DNA from: a plasmid
Reading direction: 5' to 3' (one strand)
Sequence record: CP068400.1
DNA length: 19,650 nucleotides
Shown piece after piece: positions 1 through 10,295 of the stretch. A model generated the notes under the pieces. It was not told where the DNA came from, ran no database searches, and saw nothing but the letters and a program-made list of their open reading frames with translations. Numbering within the stretch: position 1 is the stretch's first letter; every line of letters starts with the position of its first letter. Both the position numbers and the translations under genes were made by a program.

Positions 1-1462
1 GATCTCCCCACCGGTTACTGCCGGTAACGTAGACATCCCTCCGCCTCAGACTATCCTGCAGTTTACTGAGAAAGCAGAGCGTGTATCCCCTGCGGGTGAT
101 ATGTTTTTCCTTGTTAATCACCAGCCGTTTCCATGACCGACTGATAATTTCCGTTGGTGCGTCGTCAAAAAACTGCCGCCGTGAGCTGAACTCCCGGCTG
201 AGGTAGTCACAGGCATTCAGAGTGGTAACCCCGGCAGGTGCGGATGAAAATTTAACGGTATTCAGCAGATGGGGCAGGAAACGACGAACGCGCCCGTACT
301 GCTCCACCATTTCTTCATGAAAATTATCGTCTGAGGGCCGGGCAATTTCACGGACAAGCGTGATGATTTCAGCCAGCTTTTGCCTTGGGATGTAGCTGAA
401 CACCTCAGCACGAATCGATTCGTCCGGTGTTTCTTCTTTCAGCAGGTACGAACATGCGCTGGCGAGCGCCAATGCAGATTTATCCAGATCCTTCAGCGAG
501 CGGAGCCGTTTTTTCTGCCCAATCTTTCTGGCGTCACGGATGATAACGGCCAGCATGGCGTCCAGAACGTCCAATGCATCATCCAGCGCCAGCGTTTCCC
601 ATGCAAGGACAAAGGCAACCAGAACCGCCATCCTTTTCTGCGGTGACATCCTGGCAATATTGAACACCGAAGTCATACCAGCATAACGTGCGAGATTTTT
701 CAGGCGCACAGCCGGGAGTGTACTCAGGTTTTCAGCATGCAGGCCAAAATCGTTCAGAGTTTTCCAGCGTTCAATTGCTTCATTAAACGCCGGACCACTG
801 ATGGTCACAGGGCCCTTTTTCAGTGATTCCAGTAAAGACAGGCGGCTGCAATCAGTTGGCCCCAGCAGCATCTCCAGCTGTGAACGCTGTTCGGCTGACG
901 GTATCAGTGCCAGTTTGTTCCACAGGCGCAACGTCGCCTTTTCCCTTACCTCTGAAATCAACCGGGTCAGCGTAGTGGCTCCGGGGAGAATAATACGATG
1001 TTGCATAAGCCACCCTGTCGCCAGATCGAAAAGCAGGCCAGGACGTTCGTTGCTTATCCAGCTCCGGGTATATAAAAGACGGGTAAGGCGAAATGTCCAG
1101 GGCCAGGCAAATTCACGATACTGATAGTGCTGACGTATCAGCGCTGCATGCTCACGGCGGGTATTTTCCCTCTGACCGTATTCTGCAAGAACGGTGATAT
1201 CACGAATCCCGAGCTGTCTGGCGGTAAAATGCCGGACGCCGGAAGGAATATGATTCATATCGGTGAGGAAGGTGCCCAGAAAACGGACACATCCAATTTG
1301 CAGGGCAATGCCCAGACGGTTGTGATCACCTCTGCTTTTTCCGATAAATTCCTTGTCTGCTTCATCAAGGTGAAAATATCGTGCCAGCTGAAGCTCATCC
1401 GGTTCACCGGTGAATCTGCCATAGCTTTCAGTCTGCTCAGTGGTCAGAAAGTCAACGGGCAT
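1..1462 (-). CDS. tnpA: Tn3-family transposase TnpA, 5' part (N-terminal 487 codons); continues across the circular junction into 18107..19650
   Basis: Minus-strand translation from ATG at 1462..1460 gives MPVDFLTTEQTESYGRFTGEPDELQLARYF..., recognised as the Tn3 TnpA N-terminus. A GGGAGG Shine-Dalgarno lies 6 nt upstream. The frame stays open to base 1. Plus-strand ORFs in 380..1480 are antisense artefacts. Confidence 0.95.
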   Translation of the reverse strand, partial: MPVDFLTTEQTESYGRFTGEPDELQLARYFHLDEADKEFIGKSRGDHNRLGIALQIGCVRFLGTFLTDMNHIPSGVRHFTARQLGIRDITVLAEYGQRENTRREHAALIRQHYQYREFAWPWTFRLTRLLYTRSWISNERPGLLFDLATGWLMQHRIILPGATTLTRLISEVREKATLRLWNKLALIPSAEQRSQLEMLLGPTDCSRLSLLESLKKGPVTISGPAFNEAIERWKTLNDFGLHAENLSTLPAVRLKNLARYAGMTSVFNIARMSPQKRMAVLVAFVLAWETLALDDALDVLDAMLAVIIRDARKIGQKKRLRSLKDLDKSALALASACSYLLKEETPDESIRAEVFSYIPRQKLAEIITLVREIARPSDDNFHEEMVEQYGRVRRFLPHLLNTVKFSSAPAGVTTLNACDYLSREFSSRRQFFDDAPTEIISRSWKRLVINKEKHITRRGYTLCFLSKLQDSLRRRDVYVTGSNRWGD

Positions 1463-2183
<721 letters not shown>

Positions 2184-2295
2184 TACGCCTATTTTTATAG
2201 GTTAATGTCATGATAATAATGGTTTCTTAGACGTCAGGTGGCACTTTTCGGGGAAATGTGCGCGGAACCCCTATTTGTTTATTTTTCTAAATACA

Positions 2296-2324
2296 TTCAA
2301 ATATGTATCCGCTCATGAGACAAT
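2296..2324 (+). promoter_or_regulatory. bla P3-type promoter (-35 TTCAAA, 17-bp spacer, -10 GACAAT)
   Basis: TTCAAA at 2296-2301 and GACAAT at 2319-2324 upstream of bla. This matches the classical TEM promoter arrangement. Confidence 0.7.
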
Positions 2325-2353
2325 AACCCTGATAAATGCTTCAATAATATTGA

Positions 2354-3226
<873 letters not shown>

Positions 3227-3335
3227 CTGTCAGACCAAGTTTACTCATATATACTTTAGATTGATTTAAAACTTCATTTTTAATTTAAAAGGATCTAGGT
3301 GAAGATCCTTTTTGATAATCTCATGACCAAAATCC

Positions 3336-3373
3336 CTTAACGTGAGTTTTCGTTCCACTGAGCGTCAGACCCC
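3336..3373. repeat. Tn3-family 38-bp terminal inverted repeat (bla-proximal end)
   Basis: CTTAACGTGAGTTTTCGTTCCACTGAGCGTCAGACCCC is the exact reverse complement of the repeat at 18074..18111. Confidence 0.95.
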
Positions 3374-3378
3374 TGGGA
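3374..3378. repeat. 5-bp target site duplication TGGGA (copy 1)
   Basis: TGGGA sits immediately outside the repeat at 3336..3373, and an identical TGGGA sits at 18069..18073 outside the other repeat. Confidence 0.85.
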
Positions 3379-4196
3379 ATCCGATCATGCAGCCGCCTCT
3401 TATGGCCCCGTGGCTTATCGGTCACGTTGAGAACGGCGTGCCTGCCTGGTCAGTCTGGATTGGCGACAGCCAAAGCGAGGCCATACAGCGCCAGCTGCTG
3501 CGTAATCCATCAACAGAGTTTCACAACCAGCGCCCCGGAGTGACAGGGTTTAATGCGAGTGGCCACCCGGTTTATTTATGCGAGAAACACCCATCGACCC
3601 CACTCAATTGGGACTGGGACAGGGATGCCCCGACAGTAGGCACAGTGCGGTTTTATTGCCCTGAATGCGAGCCGAAGGCACGCCTTCTACCGCTCGCCAT
3701 TCCACGCTCCCCCATGCAGTTTATGACAGCTCAGGAAGCGGCAGAGATACACGCCACAGTGGAGGATAAAGCAGACACCGCAGCCATCTGCGCCGATTGC
3801 CACCGGGCACCGCTGCGAATTGCCAGAGACCGATCAGGCTTTGTTACTGCGTCATGCCCTTGCTGCAATGCCAGCGCTACCTCCTCCGGCAATAATGTCT
3901 CACGCAAGTGGATTGACCCGGAGCCAGTCCAGCCGCGCTATTTCGGCGTCTACCGGGCTGCATACAACGATTTCCCATTGAGCGGTAGCGGTGCAGCTGC
4001 GCTGCAATTGGCGTCCACTTTACCCCTAACGCTGGAAAGGGTGCCGCAGCTCCTGTTTAACCGCTTACGGGCCTGCATTCTGGCTGCGCTGGGCGAATGG
4101 GAGTATCTGGACGGGCTCATGATCGACACCGAACGTGGCGACGGGCCGGAACTTCTCGCCCTGCTGGCACAGCTACGGGCGGCAGATTTGTCGTGA
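3379..4196 (+). pseudogene. 3' part (~272 codons) of a backbone gene for a multi-zinc-ribbon protein, interrupted by the Tn3-family insertion
   Basis: The reading frame NPIMQPPLMAPWLIGHVENG... continues in-frame from 17677..18073 once the transposon and one TGGGA copy are removed. It contains CxxC pairs (FYCPECEP, CADCHRAP, SCPCCNAS). Stop codon at 4194-4196. Confidence 0.75.
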
Positions 4197-4233
4197 CAAC
4201 ACACTGGGGCCTCACAACAAAAAGAGGCATCCC

Positions 4234-6984
4234 ATGGCTATTAAAATCCCGGTCAGTGCGCAATTTGATGCTGCTGACCTTAAACAACAGATCCAGATGG
4301 TCAACGACCAGATCCGCGTCCTTGCTTCGCAGGTTGGGCAAGCCAATAAACAGAAGTTTGAGCCCATTAACCTGCGCTCAAAAGACGATCTGAATGCTTT
4401 CATTAAGCAAATGCAGAAGCTGCTCTCCATCCAGACAGAGCTCAAGCAGACCATGGGCAAGACCGGACAGGGCGCGACTAACCCGCTTATGGCTGACTGG
4501 TCAAAGATGTATACCGATCAGGCAGTACGCATCAAAAAAATGCAGTCCATGCTCCAGTTTCTCGGCGTGGAGTTTAACGACCAGCCAGCGCCGAAACCTA
4601 AGCCGCCAGCACCTACCCCCTCAAATCCTTCACCTGCGCCTCATAGCAGGCCGCAAAACAATAACCAGCCTCCGGCATGGCAGAACCATCTTAGCACGAT
4701 GCTACGCAACGCTGGCCCGGTTGGCGGCACCATTAGCGGCGCAATGAATGCCGGGCTTTCTGGCGGTGCTGGTGCAGGGCTCATGGGCTTAGTAGGCGGT
4801 CTCGCAGCTCTCGGCGTCGGCAAAATCATTGGTGCGATTGCGGACAAGATCGGACAGGCGCAGGACAACGTGATCGGGCTGGATAAGCTCTATCGTCAAG
4901 TGGGCGGAATTGTCAGCTTTTCCAGCCTCCAGCGTGGTGTCATGAGTACCGCCAACCGTCTGGGCATGACCAACGGTGACGCAATCGCGCTGGCCTCCAC
5001 TTATTCCCGCGCCGCTAACATCCAGCCGGGCCAGAACCTTGGCACCGGAATGCTGGTATCTGGCGGTCTGGCACGTTCCTACGGTCTCGACCCAAACAGC
5101 GTCGCGGGCACAATCGGACAGCTCTCCGCCTCCCGTGTCGTAAATAACGATCAGCAGCTGCGCCGCATGGGCCTGCTCATGGGGGAGGCTATCGGCAAAT
5201 CAGGTGCGTTTGCTCAGGCTGGCGAAGCAATGCAGGCAATCAGCGACTTTGCCACCCAACAGGCACGCATGAGCCTGACCGCGCCTAATGTGCCTGGCTA
5301 TGCGGGTGCAATGGCTGGCCTGATGAGCTCAGGGATCCCCGGTATGGATTTGCAGGGCTCCACCAACCTGCTGGGCCGCGTTAATGCGAACCTTCAGCGC
5401 GGTGGCGCGATGGGCGACCCATCACGGGCATTTATGGCCCGCATGGCCCTCCGCAACGGCATCAATAACCCGATGGCGCTTGAAGTCCTCCAGTCTGGCG
5501 GCGCTTTCGGCACAATCAGCAGCACTCTGGGGCCTGATTCGCTGTACGGTCAGCGTTTCGGCGGCAATTATCAGGGCGATCAGACTCTTCTCGATATGAC
5601 CCGGCAGAGCATCCATCGCGCCTATGGTTACGGCCCTGATTCAGTCGTGGCGCTCTCTCGCCACCTTGGCGTCGGTATCAATGACGCGCTGGCAATTGAC
5701 CAAATGAGCAGCGCAGATATGAGCGGCGTTTCTGATCGCCTCAGACGCCTGAAAATTAACCCTGACAGCGTAAACGCAACCAGTTACGCAGCACTGGGCC
5801 AGATCCAAAGTGGCAAAGGGCTGGAGGTCATGGGCAATGAGTACCTCAAGCGTGGGAGCCTTGATGCTGGCGAACGCCAGCGCCTTACCGATGCCCTTCG
5901 AGGGGCTGACCCGCAGAAGCTGAAAGACGTGCTCACTGAGGTTGCCGCAACGCATGGCCCGGCTAAAACAGAAGGGAGCGAGATCCGCGATAATGTAGCG
6001 AAACTTAATAATCAATTTGAGGATTATGCACGCCGCGCCCTGCCTGCTCTCGATGTCATGCGTATGGCGCTGGTCAAAATGACCGGGGGCAGTGAGGACA
6101 GTCTGCGCCGCGATTATGAGAAGGGGATGCGCCTCGATACGCAGCAGCAGGCCCGCCGCAAATACGGCTGGCGTCTCGATGCCTACCAACAGGAAATGAA
6201 CACCTTGCAGGACAAGGGCGTCGGTATGCAGACCATGGGGCCAGATGGCAACCGATACAGGGCACTGAAACGCCAGCAGCACCTCATGCGTCAGCAGCAG
6301 CTCAACTTTGTAGAGCAGGGCAATGCAAATGCACACGCAGCTGCATACGGCCCGCAAACAGCAGGAGAGGCTGCGCTCGACAGCAACTATATTTCTTCAC
6401 CATCCGCCGCCGCAGCTGGCAGCGGTGCTGCCGGAAACTGGGCAGGGAACAATGTCGGCAACGTGAAAGACGTTAACGGCAACTGGCGGCGCTTCCCATC
6501 CCAGCAGGCAGGCGTCGCAGCGTCGGCGGGGCAGCTGCTGCGCTATAGCACCGGGGCATTCAAAGGCGGACGCAAGCGCACCCTGCGCGAGATTGTCAGC
6601 ACATATGCCAGTGGCGATCCTGAGGTGCCGCGCTACATCCGGCAGGCAAGCGAATGGACAGGGTACGGGCCAGATCAACAACTGGACTTAACCGACCAGA
6701 ACACGCTGCTGAACGTGACGCGGGCCATCCTCCGCAAAGAGAACGTGAAAAATGCCAGCATCCCGCAATCAGTGGTTACTGAGGGCGTTAACATGGCACT
6801 GAACAATCAGAACAACTACAAGATCGCCCCTGAAACCATGCCAGCCGGGCAACGCGGAGGAAAAATTGATATTTCAGACGCCAATATCAATGTAAACCTG
6901 CAATACCCTGATGGGCGCACACAAACGCAAAGCGTCCCGGTAAAAAGCTCTTTCACGCAGCCGCGCAGCTTTGCCAGTCGATAG
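4234..6984 (+). CDS. Large hypothetical protein (916 aa) with N-terminal coiled coil, Pro-rich linker, glycine-zipper hydrophobic helices and a long soluble C-terminal region
   Basis: ATG at 4234 with an AAAGAGG Shine-Dalgarno 6 nt upstream (MAIKIPVSAQFDAADLKQQ...). PAPKPKPPAPTPSNPSPAP linker. AGPVGGTISGAMNAGLSGGAGAGLMGLVGGLAALGVGKIIGAIADKIG is a GxxxG-rich TM-like segment. No family recognised by eye. Confidence 0.75.
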   Translation: MAIKIPVSAQFDAADLKQQIQMVNDQIRVLASQVGQANKQKFEPINLRSKDDLNAFIKQMQKLLSIQTELKQTMGKTGQGATNPLMADWSKMYTDQAVRIKKMQSMLQFLGVEFNDQPAPKPKPPAPTPSNPSPAPHSRPQNNNQPPAWQNHLSTMLRNAGPVGGTISGAMNAGLSGGAGAGLMGLVGGLAALGVGKIIGAIADKIGQAQDNVIGLDKLYRQVGGIVSFSSLQRGVMSTANRLGMTNGDAIALASTYSRAANIQPGQNLGTGMLVSGGLARSYGLDPNSVAGTIGQLSASRVVNNDQQLRRMGLLMGEAIGKSGAFAQAGEAMQAISDFATQQARMSLTAPNVPGYAGAMAGLMSSGIPGMDLQGSTNLLGRVNANLQRGGAMGDPSRAFMARMALRNGINNPMALEVLQSGGAFGTISSTLGPDSLYGQRFGGNYQGDQTLLDMTRQSIHRAYGYGPDSVVALSRHLGVGINDALAIDQMSSADMSGVSDRLRRLKINPDSVNATSYAALGQIQSGKGLEVMGNEYLKRGSLDAGERQRLTDALRGADPQKLKDVLTEVAATHGPAKTEGSEIRDNVAKLNNQFEDYARRALPALDVMRMALVKMTGGSEDSLRRDYEKGMRLDTQQQARRKYGWRLDAYQQEMNTLQDKGVGMQTMGPDGNRYRALKRQQHLMRQQQLNFVEQGNANAHAAAYGPQTAGEAALDSNYISSPSAAAAGSGAAGNWAGNNVGNVKDVNGNWRRFPSQQAGVAASAGQLLRYSTGAFKGGRKRTLREIVSTYASGDPEVPRYIRQASEWTGYGPDQQLDLTDQNTLLNVTRAILRKENVKNASIPQSVVTEGVNMALNNQNNYKIAPETMPAGQRGGKIDISDANINVNLQYPDGRTQTQSVPVKSSFTQPRSFASR

Positions 6985-7014
6985 CGGTAGGGGCGTGCTG
7001 GCACGCAAACAACA

Positions 7015-7036
7015 CGGGGCCGCATGGCCCCTTTTT
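7015..7036. terminator. GC hairpin (GGGGCC-GCAT-GGCCCC) plus T-run; terminator for the 916-aa gene, probably bidirectional
   Basis: Perfect 6-bp GC stem followed by TTTTT on the plus strand, placed between convergent genes. Confidence 0.6.
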
Positions 7037-7037
7037 G

Positions 7038-7271
7038 CTATTCCTCGCCTTCGACGGCCTCAAACTCTTTCAGCAGCCGCTCCTCACGGAGCCAGCCCGT
7101 CAGCGTAGAGGATCCAGCCTCAACAACGTTATGCACATTGATGATGGCGTATCGACCAAACTCCCGATAGGAGGGAGAATTTGCCTTGTTAACGATAAGC
7201 GACTGACCACTTTTTTTCAGGTGGCGACTGAGGCGGGCAATGGCGGCACGCTCGGAAACGATGGCTTTCAT
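7038..7271 (-). CDS. Small hypothetical protein (77 aa), possible DNA-binding regulator
   Basis: MKAIVSERAAIARLSRHLKKSGQSL...; the GATTTTGTGTA repeat cluster lies immediately upstream. Weak resemblance to Phd/YefM- or AbrB-like N-termini, not secure. Confidence 0.5.
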   Translation of the reverse strand: MKAIVSERAAIARLSRHLKKSGQSLIVNKANSPSYREFGRYAIINVHNVVEAGSSTLTGWLREERLLKEFEAVEGEE

Positions 7272-7284
7272 GTTGGCAACCTCG

Positions 7285-7330
7285 ATTTGTGTAGATGTGA
7301 TTTTGTGTATATGTGATTTTGTGTAGATGG
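7285..7330. repeat. Three direct copies of GATTT(T)GTGTA (plus TGTGTAGATG x2) in the promoter region of the 77-aa gene; candidate operator
   Basis: gatttgtgtag, gattttgtgtat and gattttgtgtag occur at 13-16-bp spacing directly upstream of the start at 7271. Confidence 0.55.
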
Positions 7331-7362
7331 GATTCTATATGAAAATTCTATTTGGTCAAGCC

Positions 7363-7391
7363 AAAAAAAGGCCCTAAACGGGCCCTTTTTT
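7363..7391. terminator. Bidirectional intrinsic terminator (A7-GGCCC-TAAAC-GGGCC-T6)
   Basis: AAAAAAAGGCCCTAAACGGGCCCTTTTTT. The stop codon of the 7390..7557 ORF abuts the hairpin. Confidence 0.7.
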
Positions 7392-7557
7392 ATGCTCTCG
7401 GCGGCGTAGGGTAGCGCCAGTGCCATGTTGGCGCAGCCATTATCCGGCGCATCCTCTCGCGTGCTGCGGCGCGGATCCCTGCGTGCATCCTGCGCCTTTT
7501 CTTGGCGTCATGGGGAGCCATAACGCGCGAGGGGATCACCAGATTGGACTCAATCAT
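7390..7557 (-). CDS. Small basic Arg-rich hypothetical protein (55 aa), distal gene of the overlapping operon
   Basis: ATG at 7557 overlaps the upstream stop by 8 nt (ATGATTGA). The ORF ends at the terminator. Composition only; could be non-coding. Confidence 0.35.
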   Translation of the reverse strand: MIESNLVIPSRVMAPHDAKKRRRMHAGIRAAARERMRRIMAAPTWHWRYPTPPRA

Positions 7558-7918
7558 ATTCAGGTTTGCCCTCCTGCTTAACCGGATCGCGTAACTGGTG
7601 CTCCCGGTAGTTATCGCCCTGTTCCTGCCTCGCTTCATCCTCAGGTAAGAGGTTTAACGCAACAAGGTGCTGGAGTTCGGCATGGCGTTGACGCATATCA
7701 GCGGAGTCAGCCAGCCACTCACGGCGGGCCTTTGCCAGCCCCTCAGCCTCTTTGAGTAAAGCCGCGTCGTCATGAATAGCAGGGGAGGAATACCCCTCGT
7801 TACGCAGAACGGTGCGAAGATGTGCCAGCTGCATGACGTGATCAGAAGTGCGCTCACCCGCAGGCAAGCGCAGCGCAGACAGACAGGCCAGCAATACGGC
7901 CCGGCTGTTTATTTCCAT
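7550..7918 (-). CDS. Hypothetical protein (122 aa)
   Basis: Overlaps the upstream gene by 10 nt; no recognisable motif. Confidence 0.5.
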   Translation of the reverse strand: MEINSRAVLLACLSALRLPAGERTSDHVMQLAHLRTVLRNEGYSSPAIHDDAALLKEAEGLAKARREWLADSADMRQRHAELQHLVALNLLPEDEARQEQGDNYREHQLRDPVKQEGKPEYD

Positions 7919-8514
7919 CCCTGAGCGCTCCAGTCGATACCCTGTACAGCTGGAGAGAGCGGCTCCTCCGTCAGCTGCTGGCGAACGGCTGCGATACCGG
8001 GGGCACGGGCAGCGTCTGGAAGGCCACGAGAGGCAGAAAGAGCCTCGCTCAGCTCAACAATCTGCCCACTTGAAACGCCAGCGCTCTCACACTCGCGCAG
8101 CAGCTGCTGATCGGCAATCTGCTGCTGCCGGGCCAGATGGATTTGCTCAACCGACAGGTTGCGGGTGATCGTCATATCCGGGACGGACTGCACAGGGGAA
8201 CCGCTCATTGCCTGCGCCAGCACATCGCCAGCGGTGGATTTGGTCATTGGCTCAGTGGAGAATCGGCGCATAACGCCAGCAATTCGCCCCTCGATCTCCT
8301 CCTGAGAAACGCCAGCAGCCTCACCAGCTGCAACCATATCTTTGAGCATCCTCTGATGATGCTCCGGCACGCCCAGCTCAACACAGCTTTTCAGCGCTAA
8401 ATCCAGCGACTGACGCGCCAGAGGTTGACCGGAAGCCACAGACAGCGCTTTAGTCAGCGTCACAGGGCCCTGCGCATCACGCAGCAGCTCAAGAAGTTTT
8501 TGGAAGTTACCCAT
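7909..8514 (-). CDS. Hypothetical protein (201 aa; [20 protein letters not shown]...)
   Basis: ATG at 8514 overlaps the stop of the upstream gene as ATGGGTAA. The longer ORF-track start (8613) is probably an over-extension. Confidence 0.55.
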   Translation of the reverse strand: MGNFQKLLELLRDAQGPVTLTKALSVASGQPLARQSLDLALKSCVELGVPEHHQRMLKDMVAAGEAAGVSQEEIEGRIAGVMRRFSTEPMTKSTAGDVLAQAMSGSPVQSVPDMTITRNLSVEQIHLARQQQIADQQLLRECESAGVSSGQIVELSEALSASRGLPDAARAPGIAAVRQQLTEEPLSPAVQGIDWSAQGWK

Positions 8515-9142
8515 TAGCGCGATCCCCCTGGTAATTTTTAAGCGCCAGAACCATACCCTGATTTTGCAGAAGCAGCCCCAGACGACGATCCAGCGTAACC
8601 GAAGCCGCGCCATTGCTTACTTTCGCGCCAGCCATCGCAGCCAGATCCATGGACTCACGCAGCAGAGTGCTCACGTAGGCCAGATGGGCGCTCAGATACG
8701 CATCCTCAGCCGCACGGTCTACGTTTGCATTGAGCATATCGATCTGGTGCTGGCAGGCTGACAGCTCGCTGCGGGTGGCTGCTGCCACCTGCTGCGCCGC
8801 TACCAGTTCGTTTTGCACCTCAGGCAGAAGGGCCGGAGCCATACCACACTCAGGGCGAACCGGTTCGCCAGAACGTAGGCAGGCTTTACCCTCCTCGATC
8901 AGCTCATTCAGATTCGCCAGCTGGGACTCCAAAGAGGAAACCTGCCCATTTTCAATCTCAAGGCGCAGGCGAAGCCCGGTAGCGGCGATCTCCTGCTCGC
9001 TGACCTTATCCAGCAGACGCAGCATGTGTGACCGGAGAGTGCTCAGGTCGCCTAATTTAGGCCCGGAGACCGTCAGGCTCTCCAGCCGGGTGGAAATTTG
9101 GTCGAGTACACGATCAACGTGTTTTTCGCTTTCTTTGCTCAT
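8507..9142 (-). CDS. Hypothetical coiled-coil protein (211 aa), first gene of the operon divergent from the serine recombinase
   Basis: [23 protein letters not shown]... is heptad-rich. AAAGGG Shine-Dalgarno upstream. No Walker motif. Confidence 0.6.
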   Translation of the reverse strand: MSKESEKHVDRVLDQISTRLESLTVSGPKLGDLSTLRSHMLRLLDKVSEQEIAATGLRLRLEIENGQVSSLESQLANLNELIEEGKACLRSGEPVRPECGMAPALLPEVQNELVAAQQVAAATRSELSACQHQIDMLNANVDRAAEDAYLSAHLAYVSTLLRESMDLAAMAGAKVSNGAASVTLDRRLGLLLQNQGMVLALKNYQGDRANG

Positions 9143-9269
9143 TCGGTATGCCCTTTCTCGTTATAGCCAGCGGAATGCTGACCCTGACAGTTTGCCGTCA
9201 CGACCAGAGCGGTAGGGGGCGTGCCGTTGGCCCGCAAAGGTGACTTTTTGGGTACACCTCAAAAAAGCA

Positions 9270-9325
9270 GTGATTAATGCGTCTTATAGATTGATTTTTT
9301 AACTTAAAAGACGCAATATCTAAAA
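9270..9325. promoter_or_regulatory. Candidate recombinase crossover/res site or divergent promoter-operator (imperfect inverted repeat AATGCGTCTTA ... AAAAGACGCAAT around an AT-rich centre)
   Basis: Inverted repeat at 9276-9286 and 9307-9318, directly upstream of the serine recombinase gene. Confidence 0.3.
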
Positions 9326-9364
9326 ACGCACTACAGAAAACACCCCATAGCGCGGGAGCTAACG

Positions 9365-9991
9365 ATGAATTGCATGATTTACATGAGGGCCAGCACTGAG
9401 ACACAGGACGCCAGCCGCGCAGAGGATGAGCTCAAAACCTTTGCCGCAGCTAATGGCCTGACGATCTGCGGCTGGTATCGGGAGAATATCTCCGGCACGC
9501 AGCTGGAGCGCCCGCAGCTCAATAAACTGCTGCACGACGCCGGGCCGGGATTTGTCCTGCTGGTTGAAAAGCTCGACCGCCTGAGCCGCCTCACCCGTTC
9601 AGAGTGGGAGCAGTTGAAAGAACGGATCAGAGCCAAACGGCTGCGCATCGTCTGCTGCGACATCCCCACGACGCTGGCGGTATTGCAGGGAGAACAGCCG
9701 ACCGGGGCGGGCGGTTTCGACGTTCGCAACGTGGTACTCGATGCGCTCAACTCGATGCTGCTCGATATTGCCGCAGCATGGGCCCGCGACGATTACGAGA
9801 CACGCCGGAAACGTCAGGCGCAGGGAATCCAAAAGGCAGTAGAGGCCGGGAAATATAAGGGGAAACAGCCCAACACGGCACTGCATAAGAAGATTTTGAA
9901 ATACGCAGCCGCAGGACATAAAACGGGGGAGATCGCCAGACTGGCGAACTGCTCACGCTCCACGGTGCTGCGAGTAACGCGAGAGCAGTAG
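9365..9991 (+). CDS. Serine recombinase/resolvase family protein (208 aa) of the backbone
   Basis: N-terminal catalytic domain IYMRASTETQDA with the Ser nucleophile. C-terminal HTH (GEIARLANCSRSTVLRV). GGGAG Shine-Dalgarno 8 nt before ATG 9365. Confidence 0.85.
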   Translation: MNCMIYMRASTETQDASRAEDELKTFAAANGLTICGWYRENISGTQLERPQLNKLLHDAGPGFVLLVEKLDRLSRLTRSEWEQLKERIRAKRLRIVCCDIPTTLAVLQGEQPTGAGGFDVRNVVLDALNSMLLDIAAAWARDDYETRRKRQAQGIQKAVEAGKYKGKQPNTALHKKILKYAAAGHKTGEIARLANCSRSTVLRVTREQ

Positions 9992-10036
9992 AAAAGATTT
10001 GGCCCCGTTGCGTTGGAGCGCAGCAGGGCCAGAGGC

Positions 10037-10074
10037 GGCGCGGATCAGGTGGCCACCGTAACCGCGCCTTTGTC
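10037..10074 (+). terminator. Hairpin GGCGCGG-(loop containing palindrome GGTGGCCACC)-CCGCGCC plus TTTGTC; weak terminator after the recombinase gene
   Basis: 7-bp GC stem with an 18-nt loop and a short T-run. Confidence 0.4.
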
Positions 10075-10100
10075 AGAACCAACCCAATGGAACCAACATT

Positions 10101-10295
10101 ATGATTATTGCATCACAGCGTCATACGGCGCAAACCTTCCCCGGACTCAGCATTGAGCATGGGCAGATCTACCAGCACGGAAAACCTCGCAGTGTAGCGA
10201 TGAACGGGCGCGGCATTCATCAAGTAAGCCTCAGAACTACAGAGGGGCGGGTGCTGACCCTGCCCGTCTGCCGACTGTTCGAGTGGCAGGCATAA
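10101..10295 (+). CDS. Possible small protein (64 aa); doubtful
   Basis: ORF with no clear Shine-Dalgarno; followed by a GGGGCCCC-containing palindrome at 10297..10322. Confidence 0.2.
   Translation: MIIASQRHTAQTFPGLSIEHGQIYQHGKPRSVAMNGRGIHQVSLRTTEGRVLTLPVCRLFEWQA

Noticed and set aside
3342-3378. ORF-track start of the 284-aa ORF at 3342 (MSFRSTERQT...)
   Set aside because: The first 12 codons lie inside the transposon inverted repeat and the target duplication. The real reading frame is the interrupted backbone gene continuing from 17677..18073, so no native start exists here.
5200-5240. GEAIGKSG in the 916-aa protein as a possible Walker A motif
   Set aside because: The spacing is GxxxGKS (three residues), not GxxxxGK[ST], and no Walker B is evident. 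No P-loop NTPase is present anywhere in the backbone.
4394-6681. Numerous ORFs nested in or antisense to the 916-aa gene (e.g. 4394..4747 +, 5641..6357 -, 6397..6681 -)
   Set aside because: They are typical GC-rich shadow ORFs. The long same-frame 916-aa ORF with a good Shine-Dalgarno is the parsimonious gene.
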